A stretch of 64,000 bases of DNA from assembly GCA_965203095.1 (NCBI GenBank), contig OZ241877.1, positions 320,001 to 384,000 on the forward strand. The letters run 5' to 3'. Below, one piece after another: positions 19,091 through 28,085 of the stretch. A program made the translations under genes and the position numbers. The notes below the pieces were generated by a model that searched no databases, was not told the DNA's origin, and saw only the letters and a list, made by a program, of their open reading frames with translations. Each line of letters starts with the position of its first letter. Within the stretch, counting starts at the first letter, position 1. This stretch comes from Bdellovibrionales bacterium (GTDB lineage: Bacteria > Bdellovibrionota > Bdellovibrionia > Bdellovibrionales > UBA1609).

Positions 19091-19837
19091 ATGGGGAATA
19101 TGACTCTCAACTCAGAACAAATCAGCACTAAAAACTTTAAAAAAGCAATTCAGTTTGCCAAGCAAAAACAAGGGGCCAGCCTCTTTGTTTTTGATATGGA
19201 CTCCACCTTATTTTGCATGAAATATAGGACACAGGCCATTATCAGAGATTGCCTTAAAGATCCCCTTTTTTGCAAAAACTTCCCTAAGCATTTAGAACTC
19301 ATCCGGCAAATAGAGGTTCATTCCTGGGATTGGTCTGTTCAAGAAATTTTAGCCCGCTATGGTTTTACGGAAGAAGAACCTTTGGTGCTTTCTATAGAAA
19401 AAATATGGAGAAAAAACTTTTTCACAAATGATTACCTCCACTTAGATCAGCCTTATAAAGGTTCTGTTCAATTTGTCCAACATATTGTTCAATTAGGGGC
19501 TAAGGTTTGTTATTTGACGGCCCGAAACCGCAAAAACATGTTTGAAGGCACTTTGCAATCTCTAAAACAATGGAGCTTTCCCATGGAAGAGGAAGAACAG
19601 CTCATTATAAAAGAAGACCCCCACCTAAAAGACTCGGAATACAAAGCCATGCACTTAAAAAAAATGGCTCAAGTTTTTGACTCGGTTTTGTTTTTTGAAA
19701 ATGAACCTGTAATTTTAAATGAAACCGCTCGATCCGTGCCACAAGTTCATCTGTTTTGGATGAACAGCACTCATTCTCGTCAAGAAGAACCTCCCCCCTC
19801 CGCTCATCTTCTCACAACAAGCTATGCCTATACTTAA
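19091..19837 (+). CDS. HAD-superfamily hydrolase-like protein
   Basis: VFDMDSTLF (motif I), YLTAR (motif II), FFENEP (motif IV variant). Confidence 0.75.
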   Translation: MGNMTLNSEQISTKNFKKAIQFAKQKQGASLFVFDMDSTLFCMKYRTQAIIRDCLKDPLFCKNFPKHLELIRQIEVHSWDWSVQEILARYGFTEEEPLVLSIEKIWRKNFFTNDYLHLDQPYKGSVQFVQHIVQLGAKVCYLTARNRKNMFEGTLQSLKQWSFPMEEEEQLIIKEDPHLKDSEYKAMHLKKMAQVFDSVLFFENEPVILNETARSVPQVHLFWMNSTHSRQEEPPPSAHLLTTSYAYT

Positions 19838-19873
19838 AAAAGTCAGCTAAAATCACTATGAACCAAGGATGGT

Positions 19874-20893
19874 TTAGTTTATCGAGGGGGCAAGTGCCCC
19901 CGCCTCACAAGTCATAAGATGAGTTTTAAAACCTTCCAATTGCAACATATCTATCAAATTGCCTGGGCCTACAAAATGTCTTGCCCCAGCAACTACAAAA
20001 ATAGATGGAATCTCTGTATTTTGATAAATGGCATTAATTTTTTCCAGCCATATTTGATTTCTATTTCGTGTTACGGTTTCTTCTTCTGTAATGTCAAAAT
20101 AGACTATCCCTTTTTTATAGAGATCTACAGCTTCCAAAATAGACTTTTTAGTATTCACCACTAAAATACTATAAAATTTATCAATGAGAACCTCTATATC
20201 CTCACGGTTTGTTAAATAAACGGCTCTATTTGACTCTTTGTGAGAAGGAACCAATTCACTCAACTGATTATCTAAAGCTCGAAGAGGAATTTTAAAAGAG
20301 AGAACCATCTTTTTTATTTCACTATCCAAAGAGGGAAAAGAAAAGATAGCCTCATAATAAGCTAATGCAAAAAGATCATACCAATAATCAGCATAATTTC
20401 CCTCTGTATCTACCCCATGGGCTATTAAAAATTTTTGAGCTTTTTGGCTCAGGTCTTCGAAAGATTCAGGACCTCTATACAGCACTTGGCCTATCTCTTG
20501 TTTCAGCTCTCGGCTAATCATCCGGTGCACCTGTGGTTTAATTATCAGCTCTTTAAAACTCTTTATTCTATCAAAAAACATATCTCTATCTTTTGGTGAA
20601 AGTCGATTTAAAATTTTATCCCTCTCAACTTGAGGAGCTGTCAAAATTATCCTTTGCTCTTCAGGGTTTAATTGGGTTTCGCCCACAATTTCTAAAAAAA
20701 CCATCTGGCTTTGCCTCAGCTTTTCTGTGATTTTAGAAGAACATGGCAATTCCTCTAAGGAAATTCCGGCATGAATCGTTCCCAAAATATAACTTGTCTT
20801 CCTCTCTTTTTCTATAGACCAAAAAAAGATAGGCTCTGCCAAAGAGGGATGAATCAGTAATAGAGAAAAAAATCCAAAAAACTGTTTTTTCAT
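19874..20893 (-). CDS. TraB/GumN family protein
   Basis: Signal peptide, SYILGTIH, RNQIW, FVVAGARHFVG. Confidence 0.88.
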   Translation of the reverse strand: MKKQFFGFFSLLLIHPSLAEPIFFWSIEKERKTSYILGTIHAGISLEELPCSSKITEKLRQSQMVFLEIVGETQLNPEEQRIILTAPQVERDKILNRLSPKDRDMFFDRIKSFKELIIKPQVHRMISRELKQEIGQVLYRGPESFEDLSQKAQKFLIAHGVDTEGNYADYWYDLFALAYYEAIFSFPSLDSEIKKMVLSFKIPLRALDNQLSELVPSHKESNRAVYLTNREDIEVLIDKFYSILVVNTKKSILEAVDLYKKGIVYFDITEEETVTRNRNQIWLEKINAIYQNTEIPSIFVVAGARHFVGPGNLIDMLQLEGFKTHLMTCEAGALAPSIN

Positions 20894-21143
20894 AAAGCCT
20901 TTATTTTATTTATAAAAGAAATCAGGTGAAAAATCTACATTTTACCGATAAACATACTCCTTGAGATAAAAGGTTTGACATATCCTTGAAAAAACTGTTT
21001 AAAGAATACACATATTCAAAATGGATGGGGATGAACAAAACCAAAAAAGCAGGAAAACTTTGGCCTCTATTACATACAACTTTTAGAGGAAAAAGCCTGT
21101 CCAGCACCCCCTTTTTTAGGAGGCCGTCAGGATTAAAAATGGT

Positions 21144-23267
21144 TTGAATAAAATGCATAACTCTTCAAATAAAAAAGGTTTAACTCTTACAACCCCCTTG
21201 CAGTATGTTCGAGGAGTAGGGCCAGCTCTATCTCAGGTTTTAGCCAAAAAGTCCCTTTTGACTGTTAAAGATTTTATTCACCGATTCCCAAGGGGCTATC
21301 AGGACAATAGAAGGCTTTCCTGCCTCCGTGATATTGTCCCTGGGCAAGCCCTTATTGTGAATGCCGATGTGATTCAAAAAAAAATTATCCCTTTACACAG
21401 CAGGAATAAAAGAATGTATGAAGTGATCTTAGGCGATGGCTCTGCGATAGTCTCTTGTAAATTTTTTAAAATGCCTTATAAAAACTGGTTTAACTCTTTA
21501 CGGGTGGGCGAGCGGGTGGAGTTGAGGGGAAAGGCTGTGCCTTACCAGCGGAGATTAGAGTTTCACCATCCTCAGCTTTTCCCCGCTAAAGCGGAACAGG
21601 AAGACGAAAGCCCTACCCCTCTAATTCAAGCCCTTTATTCAGAGATAGAATCCGTTTCTCAAAACAAAATAAGAAACATTATGCAGGAAATTTTTGAACA
21701 AATCAAAATCTCTGAAGAAGAATTAGAATGGCTCCCCACTTGGCTGAAAGAGAAATACAAACTGCCCTCTCTTTACAATGCTTTAAAAGGGGTTCACTTT
21801 CCGGATCGCCATCGGATAGATGAGTATTTGAATTTTCAAACAGAGTTTCAAAAAAGGCTGATTTTTGATGAATTTTTTGAACTGCAAATGTATTTTGCTT
21901 TAAAAAATCAAGGCTGGAAATTAGGCCAATCTAAAAAAATCCCTACAAATCCTTCCACTTTATCAGAGATGGAGAGTCGCTTGCCCTTTGCCTTGACTTC
22001 AGCTCAAAAAAGAGTCTTAGGGGAGGTTCTCTCTGACCTCAACTCCCCTCACCCCATGCACCGCCTGATACAAGGAGATGTAGGTTGTGGCAAAACTGTC
22101 GTGGCTTTGCTCTCTGCTTTGGCTTGTGCAAGAGCAGGTTTTCAAACAGCCATTATGGCACCAACTGAAATTTTAGCCCATCAGCACTATCAAAATGCCT
22201 ATCGCTTTTTGGAACCTTTTGGGATAAAGGTTGAAAAACTAACAGGGCGAATGAAAGCTAAGGAAAAACGAACTATTCAGGCTGTTTTACAGTCCGGTTT
22301 TTGCCATGTTTGTATAGGCACTCATGCTTTAATACAAGAGAAAGTCCAATTCCGTAATCTGGCCTTTGTTGTTGTGGATGAGCAACATCGCTTTGGAGCA
22401 CACCAAAGGGCATTGCTCAAATCCAAGGGAGGAGAACCGCATTTTTTAGTGATGACAGCCACACCTATCCCTCGCACACTTTCAATGGCGATTTATGGTG
22501 ATTTGGATGTCTCTGTGATTGATGAAATGCCGGCAGGGCGAATCCCTGTCACCACAAAAAGGGCTTTCCCAGCAAAAAGGAAGGCTGTTTTTGATTTTGT
22601 CCAGGGGCAAGTTCAAAAGGGACAGCAAGCTTATGTGGTTTATCCTTTAGTAGAGGAGAGTGAAAAGTTAGATTTAAAAAATGCTGTGAACCAATATGAA
22701 AAATTAAAATCCTATTACAAGGATCTGCACTGGGGCCTTTTGACGGGACGAATGAGTCCAGAGGAAAAACAAGAAGTTATGGATCAGTTTTTATCTCGAA
22801 AAATTCAAGTGTTAGTCTCCACTACAGTGATTGAAGTGGGGGTGGATGTGCCCAATGCCAGTGTTATGGTGATTGAAAATGCTGAACGGTTTGGGCTTTC
22901 TCAAATGCATCAGCTGAGAGGGCGAGTGGGAAGAGGTGCTCATAAAAGCTGGTGCATTGTGGTTTTAGGTGAGCGTTTTTCAAAAGAGGCAGGAGATCGA
23001 GCTTATATTATGCAAACTATTTCTGACGGCTTTCAGATTGCAGAAAAAGATTTGGAGATCCGAGGGCCAGGAGAATTTTTAGGAGGACGACAGTCCGGAC
23101 TTCCTGGATTTAAACTGGCAAATATTATCCGTGACGCAAAGGTTTTAGCTTTAGCAAAAAAAGTGGCTTTTGATTTGGTATCCAAAGATCCTATGTTAAA
23201 ACAAGCTCAACATGAAAAGATAAAACACAAGTTTAAGGAGCTTTCTCTGTCTGTCCGTCCCGGATAA
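21144..23267 (+). CDS. recG: ATP-dependent DNA helicase RecG
   Basis: QGDVGCGKT, DEQHRFG, MTATPIPRT, QMHQLRGRVGRG, DLEIRGPGE; start may be ATG 21153. Confidence 0.97.
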   Translation: MNKMHNSSNKKGLTLTTPLQYVRGVGPALSQVLAKKSLLTVKDFIHRFPRGYQDNRRLSCLRDIVPGQALIVNADVIQKKIIPLHSRNKRMYEVILGDGSAIVSCKFFKMPYKNWFNSLRVGERVELRGKAVPYQRRLEFHHPQLFPAKAEQEDESPTPLIQALYSEIESVSQNKIRNIMQEIFEQIKISEEELEWLPTWLKEKYKLPSLYNALKGVHFPDRHRIDEYLNFQTEFQKRLIFDEFFELQMYFALKNQGWKLGQSKKIPTNPSTLSEMESRLPFALTSAQKRVLGEVLSDLNSPHPMHRLIQGDVGCGKTVVALLSALACARAGFQTAIMAPTEILAHQHYQNAYRFLEPFGIKVEKLTGRMKAKEKRTIQAVLQSGFCHVCIGTHALIQEKVQFRNLAFVVVDEQHRFGAHQRALLKSKGGEPHFLVMTATPIPRTLSMAIYGDLDVSVIDEMPAGRIPVTTKRAFPAKRKAVFDFVQGQVQKGQQAYVVYPLVEESEKLDLKNAVNQYEKLKSYYKDLHWGLLTGRMSPEEKQEVMDQFLSRKIQVLVSTTVIEVGVDVPNASVMVIENAERFGLSQMHQLRGRVGRGAHKSWCIVVLGERFSKEAGDRAYIMQTISDGFQIAEKDLEIRGPGEFLGGRQSGLPGFKLANIIRDAKVLALAKKVAFDLVSKDPMLKQAQHEKIKHKFKELSLSVRPG

Positions 23268-23464
23268 AATATTATTTTTCAAAATGAGGCCAACTTTAGC
23301 AAAAAACTTGTCTTTTTATTTTTATTTCAATATAATGCTCACTATGCCACTTCTTTTTATATTGATTACATTTGAGATTTCCGATCAAAACAGAGTAGAG
23401 AAAACAGGAATTTTTAAACAAAATCAGCATAGTTGCCTCACTTTTTATATCCCTTGTAAAAAAT

Positions 23465-24268
23465 ATGCCTAATCCTTTTGAAAAACAATCTCCTATTCCT
23501 AATGTCCAGCACATTGTGGCTGTAGGTTGTGGTAAAGGAGGGGTGGGCAAAAGCACGGTGGCTTTAAACTTATCCATGGCCCTTTCAAAATTAGGTTTGA
23601 AAACGGGAGTTTTAGACGGCGATGTTTATGGCCCTTCTCTCCCCCGGCTGACAGGCACAGTCCATTCACAACCAGAGATAGATAAAAGTCAAAATAAAAT
23701 CCTGCCTCTCCGTCGCTATGGGTTAAAACTGATAAGTATGGGGCATTTAGTAGAGGAGGAATCCCCTTTAGTTTGGAGAGGGCCTATGCTGTTTAAAGCT
23801 ATTGAACAGTTTTTTAGGGATGTTTTTTGGGGGGACTTAGATGTTTTAATTATTGACTTGCCTCCAGGGACTGGAGATGTGGCTCTCACTGTGGCACAAA
23901 AAGCCCCTATTTCCGGGGGGATTGTGGTGAGCACACCGCAAAATATGGCCCTTGCGGATGCTCGTAAGGCTTTAAATATGTTTCGACAAATTTCTATTCC
24001 CATTATTGGTTTGGTGGAAAATATGTCTTACTATCTGACAAAAGAGGGTGAAAAAACAGATCTGTTCCCAAGAGGGCCAATTGACCTTTACCTAAAAGAA
24101 AACAAAATAGATAAGCTGGCGGAAATCCCCTTTCATCCTCATGTGGGGTTAAGTTGCGAGGCCGGAGTCCCTCTTTTAGAAAGCTATCCTGATTCTAAAG
24201 AGGGCCAAGCCATTTTCCAGTTGGGGGAAAAAGTCAAAAACTATTTGTCAAAAATCTCCACAGCTTGA
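23465..24268 (+). CDS. mrp: Mrp/NBP35 (ApbC) Fe-S cluster carrier ATPase
   Basis: GKGGVGKST, DVYGPS, WRGPM, DLPPGTGD, VENMS. Confidence 0.93.
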   Translation: MPNPFEKQSPIPNVQHIVAVGCGKGGVGKSTVALNLSMALSKLGLKTGVLDGDVYGPSLPRLTGTVHSQPEIDKSQNKILPLRRYGLKLISMGHLVEEESPLVWRGPMLFKAIEQFFRDVFWGDLDVLIIDLPPGTGDVALTVAQKAPISGGIVVSTPQNMALADARKALNMFRQISIPIIGLVENMSYYLTKEGEKTDLFPRGPIDLYLKENKIDKLAEIPFHPHVGLSCEAGVPLLESYPDSKEGQAIFQLGEKVKNYLSKISTA

Positions 24269-24340
24269 GGGTCCAAGGTGTTTTCCCCACAAAATGCTGT
24301 GGCCTTTGAACAACGAAACTAAAGATAGTGCTTTTTAGCA
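24266..24340 (+). repeat. Copy of palindromic MITE-like element (core TGAGGGTCCAAGGTG)
   Basis: Core shared with 26123, 26516, 36148-36304 (reverse) and 58127-58232 (reverse). Confidence 0.65.
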
Positions 24341-24400
24341 AACTCATGGGTGGGCAAACCTGTTTTTACAAGATCCCACTTTTGGAAAAAGCTCCGTAAG

Positions 24401-25951
24401 TTAAGGATTCTTTCTCACCTTAGTAAGGGATAAAAAATCCCCATTGGTTCTCAATTTATACCCCTCAATATTTTTTCCTACAATAGAAATATCCATATCA
24501 TGCCACAAAGGGATCAAGGCCAAATCTTGAGAGACAAGAGATTGAACTTGATCATAAATGAGCTTTCTTTTCTCTCTATTAGGCTCTCTAAGGCCCTGAT
24601 CCAAAAGCCGATCCAATGTGGGATTTTTATAAAAACTTCGGTTTCGCCCACGAGGAGGTATATTCTCACTGTGAAGGGATAGGCGATAAATATCGGGGTC
24701 AAGAACACCTATCCACTTCATTAAAGCCAACTCATAAGCCCCTTGCCCTACATCTTTATAAAAAGCTCCCCACTCATGGGTCAGAAGTGAAATCTTTAAA
24801 CCGGTTTGACTCAGCTGGCTGGCCAAAACTCTGGCTTGGTTTACTGTTTCCTGATTATTAGAACAACTGAGTTGAAGACGAGTCTCTTCCTGCAAAAACA
24901 AACGGCTGACAATAGCTTTTGCCTTTTGGAGATCAAAAACAAGAGGGGCCATATCCTTATTAAAAAAATAACTTCCCGGAGGAATTAAGGAGCGGGCCGG
25001 CTCAGCATAACTTTTAAGTTTATATTTTATAATCTCCTTCCGATTAAGAGATAGCGAAAGGGCCTCACGAAGCTCCCGATTTTTAAGAAGATCATGTTTT
25101 AAGTTAATGAGCAAATAAGTTGTGGAAAAACTGGGTTTTGAAAAAACACGAAACAGCTCCTTTTGCCTTTGAAATTTATAGATTTTTTGTAAGGGAATTA
25201 CAGAAGGGGCTATATCCACCGCTTGGGAAAGCATAAGTTGAGTTCGGGTCAGACTGTCCCTTATGATTTGAAAAGAAATATGTTTTGGAAAAAATGGTGG
25301 GGCCGGGCGAACTCTCTCTAAAAGAATTTCCCGAAAATCATTTTTAATAGCTTTAAAATCTCCAGTTCCCCAAGGTGTTTTTTGAAATTTTTCTGGAGAT
25401 TTTAAAATTTCTTGTTTAGGCAAAATTTTTAAAACAGGCAAATCGGCAGAAACAAAAGGAGCTTGAAAACTTTTTAAAAAGATTTTAACAACAAAATGTT
25501 TTTGGCTTTTTATGTTAGCAGAAGAGCTTGTGTTATCTTCATTTTTAAAGTCCTGCTCCTTAACTTCCACAAGCTGGATGTTTTTAAAAGCAGAGTGAAA
25601 AGGAGAGCTTTTTTTTTGAAACTCCTTAAAACTGAAGAGTATGTCCTCTTTGCTAACAAGACGACCATTAGAAAATCGCAAATTGGGTTTTAGATAAAAA
25701 AATCCCTCTTGGCCCTTAAACTCCCAGCGATAAGCCAGATCCGGCTCGGCCTTCCCTGGCTCCCCTACCCGAACCAAGCCATTAAATATCAAAGATAAAA
25801 TACGTTGGCCATTGGCCTCCGTCCCCTTTCGTGGATCCAAAGTGGGAGGACGGGCATTTATAGCCACCCGCAAAATGTCTTTTTCTGGCTCTTTTGGTGC
25901 ACAGGAAGACAAAAAAATAAAAATGGCCAAAGCACTGTGTTTAAGTATCAT
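24401..25951 (-). CDS. ABC transporter peptide-binding lipoprotein (SBP family 5)
   Basis: Lipobox LSSC, TLDP, IFNGLV, PDLA, FSNG, GTG, LREALSLSLNR, YKNPTLD. Confidence 0.92.
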   Translation of the reverse strand: MILKHSALAIFIFLSSCAPKEPEKDILRVAINARPPTLDPRKGTEANGQRILSLIFNGLVRVGEPGKAEPDLAYRWEFKGQEGFFYLKPNLRFSNGRLVSKEDILFSFKEFQKKSSPFHSAFKNIQLVEVKEQDFKNEDNTSSSANIKSQKHFVVKIFLKSFQAPFVSADLPVLKILPKQEILKSPEKFQKTPWGTGDFKAIKNDFREILLERVRPAPPFFPKHISFQIIRDSLTRTQLMLSQAVDIAPSVIPLQKIYKFQRQKELFRVFSKPSFSTTYLLINLKHDLLKNRELREALSLSLNRKEIIKYKLKSYAEPARSLIPPGSYFFNKDMAPLVFDLQKAKAIVSRLFLQEETRLQLSCSNNQETVNQARVLASQLSQTGLKISLLTHEWGAFYKDVGQGAYELALMKWIGVLDPDIYRLSLHSENIPPRGRNRSFYKNPTLDRLLDQGLREPNREKRKLIYDQVQSLVSQDLALIPLWHDMDISIVGKNIEGYKLRTNGDFLSLTKVRKNP

Positions 25952-26079
25952 TATGATTTTGCAGAGTTGGTTTATACTCTTATCAAATTATCTTATAAAA
26001 ATCAAGAGAATAATTAATCCTCTATGAAAAAGCCTACATCAACCATTTTCACTTTCTGTTTTTTCAGAGGCCATCTTGT

Positions 26080-26200
26080 GGAAAACTATCTTTTTAACTG
26101 CTTTTATCTAAAGGCCACAGCATGAGGGGCCAAGGTGTTGCCGTCCCGAAATGCTGGGGCCTTTAGATAAAGAAATTGAAGAATAATGCTTTTTAACAAG
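26080..26200 (+). repeat. Palindromic MITE-like element copy
   Basis: TTTATCTAAAGGCC...GGCCTTTAGATAAA stem around TGAGGGGCCAAGGTG core. Confidence 0.65.
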
Positions 26201-26267
26201 GTTTTTCAAAGGAGAATAATCCAGTGGCCTGTGAAAAAGTTGGGCCAAAAGCCCACTGGGTTTTTCA

Positions 26268-26355
26268 GCTGGACCTTGTTAAGCTTTCGGCTGGACCTTG
26301 CTAAGCTTTCGGCTGGACCTTACTAAGCTTTCAGCTGGACCTTGTTAAGCTTTCG
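26268..26355 (+). repeat. Tandem repeat, 4 x 22 bp (GCTGGACCTTRYTAAGCTTTCR)
   Basis: Units start at 26268, 26290, 26312, 26334 with no spacers. Confidence 0.9.
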
Positions 26356-26459
26356 GCTTGCCCCCAGCAAGCCTCAATCCCGTCGACTCAGTCATTCCCG
26401 TGAAAACGGGAATCCAGAAAAGCCTTGACTTAAAGACTAAAAAGGGACACAAATAAACT

Positions 26460-26597
26460 AAGCTTGTGTCCCGTGAAAAAGCTCTGTCCTTTATCGCATA
26501 AGCAAAAGCCAGCGGTGAGGGTCCAAGGTGTTTTTCCCGCGAACAAGATGGACTTTTGCTTATGCGATCCATTAAATGTAGACTTTTTCACAAGCTA
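26460..26597 (+). repeat. Palindromic MITE-like element copy
   Basis: GTGAAAAAG...CTTTTTCAC ends; ATCGCATAAGCAAAAG/CTTTTGCTTATGCGAT inner stem; TGAGGGTCCAAGGTG core. Confidence 0.7.
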
Positions 26598-26619
26598 CTA
26601 AGATTTTTTAAAAAGGATT

Positions 26620-28029
26620 TTGGCTATAATGCTTAAAAAATTTTTGTTTTTTATATTTCTCAGTGCTAATGGCTTTTCAACTTATGCTGAATTGGATTTG
26701 GCCAAACAAGTAGAAAAAAAAATCAAAACTCAATCTTTTAAAAAAAACTCACTCACTTTAATTATTTCTAAAATACAAACTGACAACAAAATTATTCCCA
26801 TCTACAGCCTTAACGAAAAAAACCTTTTCGCCCCTGCCTCTCTTGTAAAAATTGCTGTTTTGTCCGCCTTATATCACTATTACCCTTTAGATTACACTTT
26901 TAAAACTTCCTTTCTCTCCTCAGCCATTATAAAAGAGGGAACACTTCAAGGAGATCTGGTTTTAAAAGGAGGAGGGGATCCCGGCTTCACTTCAGAGAGT
27001 TTATGGAATTTAGTTAATGTTTTGACTCGATCCCATATTAAAAAAATCAAAGGGGATCTGCTTGTGGATGCAAGCCTCTATACTAAAAAGCTCAACCGGC
27101 CCCCTTCTGAAAGAAGTTATAATGCTCCAGTTAGTGCCAGCAGTTTTAACTGGAATTCCACAGCTTTTTACATTCGCCCAGCAAAAACTTTAAAAGCCCC
27201 TGCCACTGTATTTGCAGATCCGGAAAACTCTTATATCCAAATAATAAATAACAGCCGAACGGGGAAGAAAAATACCATTACTGTTAAAAGGCGGGCCATT
27301 TCTTCCACAAAAGAAGTTTTTGAAATCAAAGGGGAAATTGACATTCAAAAAAAGGAAATTATCAAATACCGAAATATCACTCAACCGGCTTTTTGGATGG
27401 GGCAAAATGCTCTATCTTTTTTAAAACAAAGGGGGATTATTGTGTCCGGAGAGGTCAAAACTGGGGCTTGTTCCGGCACTTGCAAAACTTTGGCAGAATG
27501 GGAGAGTTGGCCTTTTGCCTTTCACTCTTACAACTTGATGAAATACTCCAGCAACTTTATAGCTAAAATGCTGGTCAGCCATCTTCCCTTGTTAGATGGG
27601 AAGTCTAAAGGCGATCTCAAAGAGGGGATGAAAAAATTGCGAAACTATCTCCAACAGGTTGAGGGGATCCAAAACTTTCGTCTCGAAGAACCTTCTGGCC
27701 TCAGTCGGAAAAATCGCATGGCCTCAAAAGATCTGTTAAAACTTCTTATCCGTTCTCGTAAAGCTTTTTATGGTCCGGAAATGTTATTTTCCTATCCTCT
27801 ATCTAAAGGGAAAGGCACTTTAAACAAAAGATTTAAAGATCTCTCTCCTTCCTCTTTTGTGAGGGCAAAAACAGGTTCTTTAAGTGGTGTTTTGGGTTTG
27901 GCAGGCTATGCTGGTTCTTTAAAATCAAAAGAAGTCTATGTTTTTGTTTTTATCTTTAACGGCAAAACCTCAAAAGCCCAACAAGCGGAAAAGCTTTTTG
28001 ATGAAATAGCCGGCACCCTCTCTCAATAA
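26620..28029 (+). CDS. dacB: D-Ala-D-Ala carboxypeptidase/endopeptidase PBP4 (peptidase S13)
   Basis: PASLVK (SxxK), GGGDP, YSSN (SxN), SGLSR, AKTGSL. Confidence 0.92.
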   Translation: MAIMLKKFLFFIFLSANGFSTYAELDLAKQVEKKIKTQSFKKNSLTLIISKIQTDNKIIPIYSLNEKNLFAPASLVKIAVLSALYHYYPLDYTFKTSFLSSAIIKEGTLQGDLVLKGGGDPGFTSESLWNLVNVLTRSHIKKIKGDLLVDASLYTKKLNRPPSERSYNAPVSASSFNWNSTAFYIRPAKTLKAPATVFADPENSYIQIINNSRTGKKNTITVKRRAISSTKEVFEIKGEIDIQKKEIIKYRNITQPAFWMGQNALSFLKQRGIIVSGEVKTGACSGTCKTLAEWESWPFAFHSYNLMKYSSNFIAKMLVSHLPLLDGKSKGDLKEGMKKLRNYLQQVEGIQNFRLEEPSGLSRKNRMASKDLLKLLIRSRKAFYGPEMLFSYPLSKGKGTLNKRFKDLSPSSFVRAKTGSLSGVLGLAGYAGSLKSKEVYVFVFIFNGKTSKAQQAEKLFDEIAGTLSQ

Positions 28030-28085
28030 ATCTCTTCCCACTTAAAACTACCCTAAACCACCATAGAATCTAAATTAAAATAGGA

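Noticed and set aside
26268..26355. 22-bp repeats as CRISPR or iterons
   Set aside because: No spacers and no adjacent rep gene.
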